DNA from: Styela clava
Lineage: Eukaryota
Assembly (NCBI RefSeq): GCF_964204865.1
Contig: NC_135256.1
Span: 5,642,001-5,706,000, forward strand
DNA length: 64,000 nt
Direction of reading: 5' to 3'
The notes under the pieces: generated by a model
What the model was told of the DNA's origin: nothing
What the model saw: the letters and a program-made list of their open reading frames with translations, nothing else
Database searches by the model: none
Made by a program: the position numbers and the translations under genes
Shown: in pieces, positions 11,901 to 33,435 of the stretch
How the letters are laid out: each line of letters opens with the position of its first letter
Position numbering within the stretch: position 1 is the stretch's first letter

Positions 11901-14900
11901 CAATTCAAAGTTTAATGTGGCGATTGTTTATATGCGGAATCAAAGCATACTCATTGTGCATATTTGGCCCAGCAGTACATAATGTTTACCTGTTGATCAC
12001 TTGTGTAAACTATTATTTTGTATTTACATAAAGTTTTTCATTCTGTATTAATTATTCAGAAATGGAAATTGTGGAACAAGAGACTGTGTTGGGAAACAAT
12101 ACAGACGAAATTATGGAAACAATGGTCAGGTCTGCTCATCAAGTTCAGGGTAAGCATAGGATAGCAAGTGTATTCCTATTTCTCAGCACAATGCGGCATA
12201 CTGCCGACTTCTGATCCTTCTTAGTAGAGTGATGTCTGGTAGAGATAAAATTCAGTAAGATGGCCAAATCATATTGCTGTCCCAGGTCTTTTGTCTAATT
12301 ACAAGTCCAGGTCAGCAATAGTTACCCAATTGTGCATTCATTGTATACAGATACTTGAAGCAGTATATTCTTTTCTGCGTTTCTCAATATTATTTGCATA
12401 AAGTAGAAAGAAGTTCTTTGGGCCCGCGTACAATGCAGCTTATTGTAGCAACACAACTTGTAGCTAATTTACAACATTTCATTTATGCTTTTTGCCTTGA
12501 ACAAGGCCAAAGTATCCAGTGATATCTGACAAGCTACTGTTTTTGGCCGAAAAACCGAAATTGCCTACCCAAAATATTACACCTTTGGTGAAGTGGTGGT
12601 GAGCATGGACTTTGAACCCACGATATATACTCTGCGATGCAAACAAAGTTTAGTCTAACGCTTTAACCACTTCAGCCACATACTAGTCCTCTAACCATTC
12701 TATTTTATCATTGTCCGTTCCAGCATTCTGGACAAATTGGGCGAGTTGGGGGAAATGTGACCACACCTGTGGACCGAGAGCAATTATGAGTCGATATCGT
12801 AAATGTAAAACAGAGAAAGGACATACAGTAGCAGGGATGTGCCGAGGTGGGAGTGTGATGACTCTTCCATGTAAAGATATTCCTTGTCCGATGAGAAGTT
12901 CTTTGAAGCCGAGATGGTCAAAGTGGTCAGATTGGTCTGAGTGTTCTGAAACGTGTGGCGGTGGAGCAACATTCAGGTGAACAAATTTGTCATTTTGCGC
13001 TATTACATTTTGTGGCGCTCCCGAAGTATGTGCACCAAGATGACGCACAACCTGAACCCCAACCTGGTACACATACTATGTTCAGGTTGTGCACCATCTT
13101 GGTGCTTATACTTCCGGAGCACCCATTTTGTACACATTGAACTTTTAGTTATTTTGTGAGAATAAGATTGGCGATCTGTTACACTGCTTGTTTTGATGGA
13201 CTCTAAATGGAACTCATGTTTGTGCATCTGAAACAAATAAATCGTAAACTATTTCTATACCCGACATTTCTAGTAACCAAATGAGATGCCGTGGTTTGCC
13301 ATACGCTTAAGTCGTTTAATCGGTTTTGCTAAATTGCTATTAATGTTAGGGTGAACAATAATGAGTGAACTGCGGATTTGAATATAAGTTAGATTTATTA
13401 CAAGGTTGCTATTATGATTGGTATAAAACATTAGGGAAATTGTTAAAGTAATCTTTGAATGGTGAATTCATGGTAAAATTGGTGGTTTGAACATTGGGGA
13501 TTCTTATGAAGGGCACCAACCCTTCCTGTGTTTTTAAGTTTCTAGTTTCTGTATTGTAATATGACCAACTTTGCATTTTTCTCAGATCTCGAGAATGTAG
13601 CAGAGGGAAATGCAGAGGAGATCATTATCAATATGAAATGTGCAATACAATGGAGTGTAGATCAAGTAGGTTTGCTTATCAAGGGGTGATTAGTTTTGCA
13701 CAGGGCAATGGAGAACAAAAAGTCTTTACCAAAGTCTAAATCAGTGGTACTCAAACGGTGGGGCGTGCCCCACAAGGGGGGGCGTAGACAATTTTTTAGG
13801 GGGCATGAAGCTAATTAAAAATAAAAATATTTGATTTGATCTTGCGCGCCTTATTTTGGATATTTACTTTTCTTCATTGTTCAGAAATTGCAATTCTATC
13901 CACAGATTTTCAACGTGTTTTTTGAACAAAACATACTTTCGCCTTACTATCTGTTATTTGTATCTTATTGTTAGCTAAATATTTTTGAGGTGGGGTGTGG
14001 GACATGGCAAATTTTAAAAGGGGGCGCGACCCAAGGAGTTTGAGAACCACCGGTCTAAATTATATTGATAGTACTACGGAATTTGAATGCAGCATCATTT
14101 TTTCATTAGCCATCTTCACTCCAAACAAGGCCATGTATAAGCAGCCAATGATGAGTAAGGTATCTTGTATACCTGTGTCAAAAAGGGACAGGCTCAGGAA
14201 TAAAAGTGGATGAAGTGAAATTGATTTAAAATCTTATGTTTTATTTCTTCTGTAATGGACCAAGATTTTTTTCAGTGCTCCAGAAGTGTGTGTACCAATA
14301 TGAGGGGAAATTAGTTTTGTTCGCCTACATCAAGTTGTGTAAAACTGTAAAGGGACTGAAACCTATGGGCAGGGGGTATATTCACTTGGCTAACACAGTC
14401 AGGCCCTGAACTCGCAATAGAATTAAAATAAGGAAAATCAGAGTAAAATTATGGCCCAACCTTAACCTGGTACATACACTACAGGAGTACAGTTTTTTTA
14501 GCAGAATAGAAAAAGAACGGCTTTTACTTTGACTCAATTAGCACTTCTTATTTGGCTATGGGATGCTATGCAAGACATCTTGATAACGTAGATATATCAA
14601 CATGCTGTTGTTAGTTGAGGCTTCCACTAGATTGTATTTCTCCCATAAAGCTATACCGTACATACCTGTACCTTAGGATGAGTGGAAATATAAATTATTC
14701 ATTCTGAAGTACTTTTCAAACGTCAGGCGAATTCAATAGATTTGATCCATGGAGTGATTGGAGTCAATGTTCAGTTGAATGTGGTGGTGGACTGAGATCT
14801 AGATTCAGAGAATGCAAAACAATTTCAAGAAAGAGATCTAGAGAATGTGGAGGAATCGTGGACGATGATGGAATACAGTCAGTCTAGAAAGTATTTTTAA

Positions 14901-17900
14901 CATGAACTATCTGATTTCAATATCAGTATTAGATTTTATTTTAAATAAAGTGCAGAATAGTGTAGTGAATCGAGTTGAGTGCTCGCTCCACTTGGCTGCT
15001 GGGAGTCTGGCATATTGAAACTCACTAACACGAAAGCAGTTGAGGGTTTTGAATTTTGAATCGATTTCTAGAGACAATATTGTTGTAAGTGGAAAGTCTA
15101 GGATAAGCTTGACATTGCTTGTTATGTCATTACAAAAGTTGATGTATGTTAGTATATGAACAAGAACAACGTATGCGCAGAAAGTTCAGGAAGGAACATT
15201 AAACCCAATCATATTACAGTGATAACTCAATAGTCGAGCGACTCGATACTCGAACAATTCGGTCGTCGACCGAAAAATTCTGGTGAAAAATGATGTGGTA
15301 CACGAATTCGGTGATCAAACACCCTAGCGCCGCCAATGTGAGATGACGTCTTTGCAAAACAAAAAAGGAATCCCATAGAGCCCTCAGTAATTCGCTTGAA
15401 CATTCAGTACTTATGCAAAAAAAAAAATTATAAATTCATCTCTATTATGTACGCATTTAAATAATTATTTTTTGTTTTGGTACATATTTATTTAATATTT
15501 TGGGTATTTTGGAATAAATTAAAATAATTACCATTGTTTCTCAAGGCAAAAAGGGTTTTGTTACTGAAACAAATCAGTAGTCGAACACCAATCCTGAACG
15601 GATTATGTCTGAGTACCGAGGTATCACGGTATTAACCTAATGATACATACGTGTCCATTATTAACATAAATATGGAAATAACTTTTTCATTCTTATTTAT
15701 TTTTAATATCAACTCTCCCTTAAATAGGATATCATTTCCATGAAAATGAATTGGCTTTTAAACTATCTTTCTTTTTGTTTATCGATGACCATCGTGCCAT
15801 GCATTTCACTTTTTCAGGTATCAATCTGAGGTTTGCTCTGATGTTCAATGTCCTTATGGTGAGTGTTGTTAATACTAATCCTCTCATCCAGTTACTAGTC
15901 CATGCAGGGTATGGGATTAGTTAACCAGTTATTCATTTCAGATGTAGGCTATGGCTTGACTTTTACAAATTGCAACTCCTGCATATCCTTCCAGTGTTGT
16001 CTATCGTTTGAAATTAGAAATATAAGGTGGACCTATTTCTATCTAAGATGGGGACAAAATGACTGGTTAGTAATTTTGCTTTATCATATTATAAGGTGCA
16101 ATCCCTGACAAATGGTTTGATAACTCAGCTATATCGAAGGCAATGGAAGAACCTGCTTGGTTTTTGAGATCAGAAAACCAGGTTAGTTATATTGAAACTC
16201 ATCAAATTCAACTCCTGATAATTTAAAAGCACTTATATGTTCTGACTGATCCTGGATTATGACCGTGGCAAATGTTGAATGCGAAGGGTAAAACCAGATA
16301 AGCATTTCGATTGTTAGATTCTGTAAGGTCATCAAAACTTGAGAATCAATGTAACTTTTTTTTAAACATGTTCGATTATTAGAATTGTTTTTGACATAAC
16401 AGCATTTTTATCATCTATTTACTTATTCTGCTATCCTTGAAAATTTTGTAAAATTTGAAGTTAAATTGTTCTATCATCAGATTGAAGTTAATATTCCTAT
16501 AATTGATGTATTATGTATCACATCAGAGGTTCTCAAACGTTTGGGCGGCTATGGAGCCCATGAAAACGTTGACTATTATTTACGAAGCCCCGCAAAATAT
16601 CTAAAAAAAAAAAGATTAATGTTCTTTAGTAAATTAAAATTACTTTATTTAATGACTCCGATGTATTTATTGCTTTTTTGGACAGTTACAAAATTAGCCA
16701 AGTCAGAATTTTAATAAGTAAACGGATAGCTCTCATAACCCCTAGGTTTCTCTCAAGAAGCCCTGGGGCTCCATATAGAGCATTTTGAGAACCTATTTAT
16801 TACATTATTTTGTCTAAAATATGGTCATATATTACGTGTAACGGCCTCAGTTGGACCGCACCATGTTCATTTTACTACAAACGACAAATATTTGTTTCAG
16901 CTTCCAGTATCAGTCTGTGAACCAGGATTGAAAACTCAGTGGTTGTTTGGAGATTTTAATGGAGATCGAAGGAGTGACATCTTGTGTAGGAATGAAGAAG
17001 GAGATGTGTAAGTATTTTGTTGATGTTTTCTTGGCGATATGGTGTATCATGCTAAGCCTTAGAGGAATAAGCTCGCCACAGCACCTCTGATTACTCTGCG
17101 AGGATTGCAGGTTTGAATCCCATTTAGTTATGTGCGAGAGTATTGCTGAACTCCTTGCCTCTGCAGGGTGGTTCACGTAACCACTGGTCGATTGCGGCTA
17201 CTTCCACCATCCTGTCCATGCTTCCGAAAACAAATAACTGACTGACTTATTCCATATCCGACATGGACGATAGATTGTGGTTCGCCATATGATTAAGCAG
17301 TCTTATCGGCTTCCCTCGCCCCGAGATGAATATGTGAATCGGGACAGTAGAGTCAAAGACAAGTTTCATCCAATTCCGACTTCAAGCCATTCAAAAAATG
17401 AGTCCCAGATAAGTGTTATCAAGAATTTTTTCTTCAACCCGGGTTCAGTTAAATCAATTCCGACACAAGCTCTAGTCAAACCTTCCTTCCTAGTGTCTAT
17501 TGAAATTTCAAAGTGAGCTTCTATTCAACTACATAAAGCATTCAGGCCCACAATATCTATTCGATAATTATGGAAATCAAAGTTGATTGTGGAAATGGAA
17601 CTGCTTAAAAAAAATTCATTTGCGGCATAAAATATTCAGATTGTAAGCAATGCCTCACGTCTCTGACATTCTGCAATCTAAGTCTAATCTTCGCTTTCGT
17701 TGAAGGTTTAAAAACGTTATTTTTCTAGAGATAGGAAGACCCTGCGAAGTTCCGGGACTGTATGTGTGAGCCAATAGAATATACCCCCTCACCTGTCCAT
17801 AGGCTTCAGTCCCTTTACACAACTTGATGTAAAGTAGGCGAACAAAATTAGTTATATCCATATTGGTAAACATACTTCTGGAGTGCCAATAAAATTATTC

Positions 17901-18697
17901 ATAGAGTCTTGTAGATAGAGATGCAGTCTTGTACTTTCAACATATTTAGAATCATGTTGTTCAACCAAACTGTAATAATATTGATAACTAATCATTGTTA
18001 TTTCAGAAAGATAGTACTAGCCGGCCGAGGCAACAGACTTGATAAAATATCTTGGGAAGGGAAGTTACATAATTGCATTTTAAAAAGTTTACACACTGGA
18101 GATTTTGATGGAGATGGAACAACTGATGTCCTATGTGTTGCAGTAGATGGTGTCGAAACGTAAGTGGTGTCTTGGATTAAAGATGAAATTCCATTTATTC
18201 ATTGTGAAATGTTGACCACAGTCCCACGCCTGGTTATTGATCCTGTGGTGGTAGAGAATAGGTCAGTGGCTCCCAACCTTTAGGCTAGGAGAGGATTTAC
18301 ATATTTAGGTTGTGAAACACTGAAATAGATCACAACCCATTTTATACTGGAAGCAGGACGAGATATAATTATGATCACACCTTATTTTGTGTCCTTATGT
18401 GTTAAGTTTTTTAAATTCTCCCAACACACAAATGAATGATAATTTTGGAAGAATTGAAAAAGAACATTATTTATGTCTCTCAAATAAAAAACTTTTTTCA
18501 GAGACATGATACTCTTCCCAATTCGACGTGGAGAACCCAAAGATCCGGTGATGATCGGCAATCTTTGTGTTGATAGTAATTGGAAAGTTTACGTCGTTGA
18601 TGCAAACGGAGATGGAAAAGATGATATTTTATGTCGAGATGAAACAGTCGAACCAAAGAAATTTTCAAAGATTCATTTAAATATTTACGAAATCTAA
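2988..18697 (+). CDS. Type II membrane astacin-like (M12A) pseudo-metalloprotease with antistasin-like, 3x TSP1 and 3x FG-GAP/VCBS-like repeats; 17 exons, 770 aa
   Basis: Exons: 2988-3075, 3569-3676 (TM, LMIVFSCSVILVVIIFVVVLV), 4530-4649, 5620-5780 (CKVPCPFGFQVDSDGCATGCQC and QGDI), 8107-8242, 8968-9100 (ETCIRF), 9469-9635 (HMLMHALGFQHEHARHDREAY), 10731-10973 (DSVTMF...INGLYC), 12060-12149, 12724-12976, 13586-13665, 14727-14877, 15818-15858 (TSP1 WxxWxxWxxCxxxCGGG), 16096-16181, 16901-17007, 18007-18159, 18502-18697 (GDFNGD/GDFDGDG/DANGDG). All introns are GT-AG with compatible phases. The total of 2313 nt is an uninterrupted ORF ending in TAA. Confidence 0.9.
3721..4026 (+). mobile_element. 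tRNA-derived SINE, 5'-truncated diverged copy
   Basis: Box B-like GGTTCGAATC, a body similar to the 18953-19293 copy, and an (ATCCT)n-type tail. Confidence 0.75.
4924..5159. mobile_element. Merlin-like palindromic MITE (subfamily A), inserted into a SINE
   Basis: Near-perfect TIRs of about 50 bp (GGgGCTCCCGAAGTATGCGAACCAAGATGGCGGACATCGGAA). TSD GCATCTTG/GCAGCTTG (8 bp, 1 mismatch). Both flanks are contiguous SINE sequence. Confidence 0.85.
5870..6024. mobile_element. Tc1/pogo-like MITE
   Basis: Imperfect inverted termini TA-CAtTGTTTCCcTGAAAATAAGAC ... GTCTTATTTTCGAGGAAACACGG-TA. Confidence 0.6.
6151..7557. mobile_element. Non-autonomous hAT-like element nested in another hAT MITE
   Basis: Termini CATAGGTTCTCAAA...TTTGAGATCCCCTG. 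Perfect 8-bp TSD GCGTAGAC (6143-6150 and 7558-7565). The flanks match the interior of the 13742-14052 family. Confidence 0.8.
11261..11649. mobile_element. hAT-like MITE
   Basis: TIR CAGCGGTTCCCAAACT/AGTTTGGGAACCACTG; perfect 8-bp TSD CACTAAAC. Confidence 0.85.
13014..13123. mobile_element. Short (110 bp) palindromic Merlin-like MITE
   Basis: Termini GGCGCTCCCGAAGTAT...ATACTTCCGGAGCACC; perfect 8-bp TSD CATTTTGT. Confidence 0.85.
13742..14052. mobile_element. hAT-like MITE
   Basis: TIR CAGTGGTACTCAAAC/GTTTGAGAACCACCG; perfect 8-bp TSD GTCTAAAT. Related fragments lie at ~7560-7770 and ~63565-63680. Confidence 0.85.
14274..14491. mobile_element. Merlin-like MITE, subfamily B
   Basis: Aligns by eye with 36117-36330 (CATCAAGTTGTGTAAA..GGGACTGAAACCTATGGGCAGGGGTATATTCACTTGGCTAACAC). 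Confidence 0.7.
17033..17339 (+). mobile_element. tRNA-derived SINE, diverged copy
   Basis: Same head (GCACCTCTGATTACTCTGCG..GGTTTGAATCCC) and body as the 18953-19293 copy. Confidence 0.75.
17745..17887. mobile_element. Partial Merlin-like MITE subfamily B, reverse orientation
   Basis: Reverse complement of the 36117 element's first ~140 bp, ending ...ACATACTTCTGGAGTGCC. Confidence 0.65.
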
Positions 18698-18952
18698 TTC
18701 GAGTTTTTTAACGTTTTGCTTTTATTTTTCGATGCTGGTATTGAATGTAGATGAATATAATATATACGCAAACAGGTAAAAAATATGTAAGACGTTTGTT
18801 TCTATAAATGAGCACCATTCTGATATTCGTCCAGAGGACAGGAAAGCTAACAAGGCGGCTTAGGGTTTACATATTTAATCCGGGCAGGGGGAAAGCCGTT
18901 AAGACAACTTAATCATATGGTTAACCACGATGTCAGGTCCGGTTACCAGTCC

Positions 18953-19293
18953 ATAGGATAGGATTTACATATTTATCCCGGGGAGAGGAAAGCCGATAAG
19001 ACGGCTTATCTATATGACGAACCACGGCCTCTCGTCCGGTTACCATTCCAAGTCGGGTATGGGATTAGTTTTACTGTATTGTTTGTTTTCGGAAGCATGG
19101 ACTTGGTGGTGGATGAAGCCGTAACCGACCAGCGGTTACGTGAACCACCCAACGACGGCGAGGAGTCCAGCAATCCTCTCGCACATAACCATCCCTGCAT
19201 GGGATTCGAACCTGTGAACCCACGCAGAGTAATTAGAGGTGCGGTGGCCAGCGTATTCCTAACGCTTAGCCCGTTGAGCCACACCGCCGCGCC
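18953..19293 (-). mobile_element. Full-length, young-looking tRNA-derived SINE (~340 bp) nested in an older copy of the same family
   Basis: The minus strand begins GGCGCGGCGGTGTGGCTCAACGGGCTAAGCG (box A), contains GGTTCGAATCCC (box B) and ends in an ATCCTATCCTAT tail. The flanks 18862-18952 and 19294-19520 are the two halves of an older copy. Confidence 0.88.
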
Positions 19294-19778
19294 AATGTCA
19301 GGTATGGAATTAGTTAGCCAGTTATTTTGCTTCCAGATGCATGAACTTGGTGGAGGAATCCGACCAGCGGTTACGTGAACCACCCTATGCCCTCGAGGAG
19401 TCCAGCAACCCTCTCCCACATAATTATCACCCACGGGATGCGAACCTACGCAGGGTAATCAGAGGTGCTGTGCCGTGGCAAGCGTACTCCTAACGCTTAG
19501 CACATTACGCCTCACCGCCGAGCTTAATAATATTTTCAACCTCTCGTCCTGTTTCCAGCCGATGGCGCGTATAGCGATAGTTCTGTATCCCATCATATAT
19601 ACCAGATGGTGAGATGCATCATATATACAGTTATGCAAAGAAAATGATTGATATAACAAAACATGGTAGCTAATCTTTATGTTGCATTCTTTGATGGTGT
19701 TTAGACAGGGGAGTATTGAAATTTTTACCTCAATCAGCGTTCAGTCAGGGATACCGTAGGTTTTTAGATGATCTATTT

Positions 19779-20645
19779 CAGGGATGGCGAACCTTTTTCA
19801 ATGAATGGGTCAAAAATTATAATTTTATCGTGGAACAGAAGAGAGTGGGTCACAGATATTTAATTCACGTTTGTATCTATAAGAAACTTCTGAAACAAAT
19901 CTTATAAGCTGGTGTTGGTGTAGTTTTGGGCTTTACTTATGCAGCACTTCTATCAGGGACTTTTCATGGCACTCGGTTTTATGATATTAGAGTACGAAAA
20001 CACGAAAACGTTTAGGATGATGCGTTAAATTATTCTACGGTTCTAGTGTTTGGAGGTAATTCCGCTTTGATAGCGTTATAATTTTCGATCAGCTTTCAAC
20101 CACATTAAGCCACTTTTACACTGCCCCATTGTTTCATCAGATTTCTAGATTTTTATTTCAAGACTGAAAGTTTTTGTTTTCACAACAGCATTGTAGACGA
20201 GAAACTAATAAAATGCAAAGTAGCATCTAGTTCTCGTATAACCCCTAAAACAGTCTGCAGATGCAATTCCAAAAAAGACAGGCGTTGCGAGAAATGAACA
20301 GATCAATTGCATTGTTATGTCATAAACGATGTCAGGCCCAATAGCTGAATAACGGTACACAGCGGTGCATACATGCGTACAAGATTAGGGGTTTTGAAAA
20401 TTACCATACCGGCCCAAAAATCAACATTTTGAACTTGAGCGATCGCAGCCCTTCCTGACTGTCCAATTGACGGTACATTATAATAGTTTAGCTATTGTTA
20501 GATTAATTTAAGGCCGGTTTTATCAATTTTTATCACTGATATGTTAGCATTTTTTTTAATTTTATTCGTGCCTTCGCTTGGCGGGTCACAAATAAAACGC
20601 AGTGGGTCACTTTGTGACCCGCGGGTCAGTGGTTCGCCATCCCTG
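19779..20645. mobile_element. Non-autonomous hAT-like element (867 bp)
   Basis: Perfect 15-bp TIR CAGGGATGGCGAACC; perfect 8-bp TSD ATCTATTT. Confidence 0.88.
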
Positions 20646-21145
20646 ATCTATTTCAATGCAGATTCGCTAAAATAAAACGAAACACATTTGAAGAATCTGG
20701 GAAATGAACAAAACCTTCAAAATAAGTTTAAATGCATTATCTCATTTTATACTAATTAGTCGCTCGTTCAAATCTTCTAAATTCGAAAGATAACAAAAAC
20801 CTATAATAGAAGAAAAATCAACATTATTGGCATCCGTAGTGGGGTCATTCCAATTGGGAATAAACCGAAATTCTGCTATTGCAGATAACGTTGTTTTGCG
20901 AAGCTCTTTTACTACGGAGAAGGCTTTTTACTTTGTTCGTTATTTTCCCATTAATTTACAAAAAAGACTTATTGATTTTCAAAAAAGTTTTTTTATTATT
21001 AATATTATTATTGGATACCCCCAATACAATTTCATTATGTTTCAAATTTTAAGGTTCAATCCATACTCAAAGTTTAGCCATAACTATCACCCAAAATTAC
21101 TGCACAGATTCACAGAAATAAAATAATGGTAACACAGTTTCGACA

Positions 21146-21313
21146 TGCATATCACAAAATGTACACTTTGGACTTGGTGTTTTATTTATTCTATATAACG
21201 GCTCATTTGAGCAGAAGTTTTGTTTTGTTTTGCATATCACAAAATGTACACTTTGGACTTGATGTTTTATTTATTCTATATAACGGCTCATTTGAGCAGA
21301 AGTTTTAGGTTTT
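21146..21313. repeat. Tandem duplication of an 85-bp unit upstream of RUVBL1
   Basis: TGCATATCACAAAATGTACACTTTGGACTTG...GAGCAGAAGTTTT occurs at 21146 and 21231, almost identical. Confidence 0.9.
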
Positions 21314-21791
21314 GTTCGCTTTCCCGATTCTATAATCAGTTACTTTTACTTTTGTTTTTATATATTTTTTTATCGTCTATTGCTGATTATGGAGTCGAAA
21401 TAAACTTATAACTTATAACTTATAAGTGAAGTTGAGATCAGAATGAGGTTACACTATTTCGATTTCCCGTCAAGACACATCAGCGATCACAAAAATACGA
21501 TAAAACAATAAAGATATCAGGCCAATCAGTTTACAAAGATTTCTGTATTTTAAAATTGTTCATTACGGATAAGAAAAATGTTTAGAAGTTTTTTTAATAA
21601 TTAGAATTAAATATATTGGTAATGAGAAGACTAGAAATTTCTTCGGTTGCTAATAACGCAATAAATCACGACATGCTTGGCTGGCTTCGTCAACGGGCGC
21701 ACGCTTGTATTTCTTCAATGCTCACTTTGTAAAGCGTCGTTTCCTTGTTCCGCGTTCTGGCTCTGTCTATAATTCAAGCAAATTTTGATAA

Positions 21792-32372
<10,581 letters not shown>

Positions 32373-32435
32373 AAACTTGATTTCATTAGAAATTGTGGGT
32401 TCGGATTCTCCATGAGTCTCTGAGATTGCTTTTTA

Positions 32436-32635
32436 CAGGGTGTCCATATAGTCTTGAAATTTTCTAAAATTGCAAAGGGGATTCATCGAGACCTAATATT
32501 GTTTTGGCCCTCACAGATGTATTAAACGAAGTAAAAATACTTTACAATAATTAATTAAAAAAATAACAAACCTGGTTAAGATGTATTGAGAACTGATTTC
32601 ATAACTAAATTGAAAGGGACTTTATGGACACCCTG
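32436..32635. mobile_element. mariner-like MITE about 60 bp after the RUVBL1 stop codon
   Basis: TIR CAGGGTGTCCATA/TATGGACACCCTG. A related copy in the opposite orientation lies at ~38954-39181. Confidence 0.72.
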
Positions 32636-33222
32636 TGTACAGCAGAATTTTAAGCGTCCGGACTCGCCTGTTGTATGACATCTTTTTTTGTTGAGAAATT
32701 TTCATGTTTTACTCATTAGTTGCTCTTGTAAATAATCTTTCCAGGTTTATTCACTTGATTGCTACAGTAGAATCAGGACCAAAGAGAATTGAATAATTTC
32801 AAACAATACCTTTATCTAACAGGCTCGTGATAGACTCTAGTGACCAATGGTCGACACTACCTTGCTCTGTAACTTGTATTTTCCAATGTACAGTACATTG
32901 GGATTGCTTGGGAATAAATTTTGTAGGTTTTTGTAAATTGTTGGTGTGAGATCTGGCTGTTGGGTAAGATTGAATGTTCATCAATGTCGTGAAACTAAGC
33001 TAACCTGTTCTGTGCAAAATCAAATTTTACTTCTCATTAACTTTGTGATATGGTAAAAAGCCTGAACTGCAACACTCTCTGCAAGGTGGCTTGATCGTGC
33101 ATCCTCAGAAATATGACATCTAAAGACAATCCTATGCCATTCAAAAATCCTGGTGCCACTAACACAAATGTATTTCTATAACATCTCGTCTGACCAAAAT
33201 CAAACAGACAACAATGTCAACA

Positions 33223-33435
33223 AAATAAACAATCATGCAGTTAAGGCGATATATAAATTTGTTCAATATTGAATTCTCGGATTAATTGTGACCAAACAAT
33301 TCCAGCTACTGCATTTTACTCACACGGATCGGGAAATAAACAATCATGCAGTTTAAATATGGCGATAAATGAATTTGTTAATTGAATTCTCAGATTGTGA
33401 CCAAACAATTCCAGCTACAGCATTTTACGCATACG
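33223..33435. repeat. Diverged tandem duplication of a ~110-bp unit
   Basis: AAATAAACAATCATGCAGTT...GTGACCAAACAATTCCAGCTAC.GCATTTTAC repeats at 33223 and 33334. Confidence 0.8.

Noticed and set aside
12590-12684. tRNA-like sequence on the minus strand (TGGCTGAAGTGG...GGTTCAAAGTCC)
   Set aside because: I cannot fold a clean cloverleaf; it is most likely a decayed tRNA-derived repeat head rather than a tRNA gene.
12683-13072. 129-aa minus-strand ORF
   Set aside because: It is the antisense shadow of the TSP1 exon plus an intronic MITE.
19006-19434. 142-aa and 99-aa ORFs, and the similar 126-aa ORF at 43178-43558, which look like a duplicated gene
   Set aside because: They are chance ORFs across GC-richer SINE copies that have pol III boxes and a simple-repeat tail.
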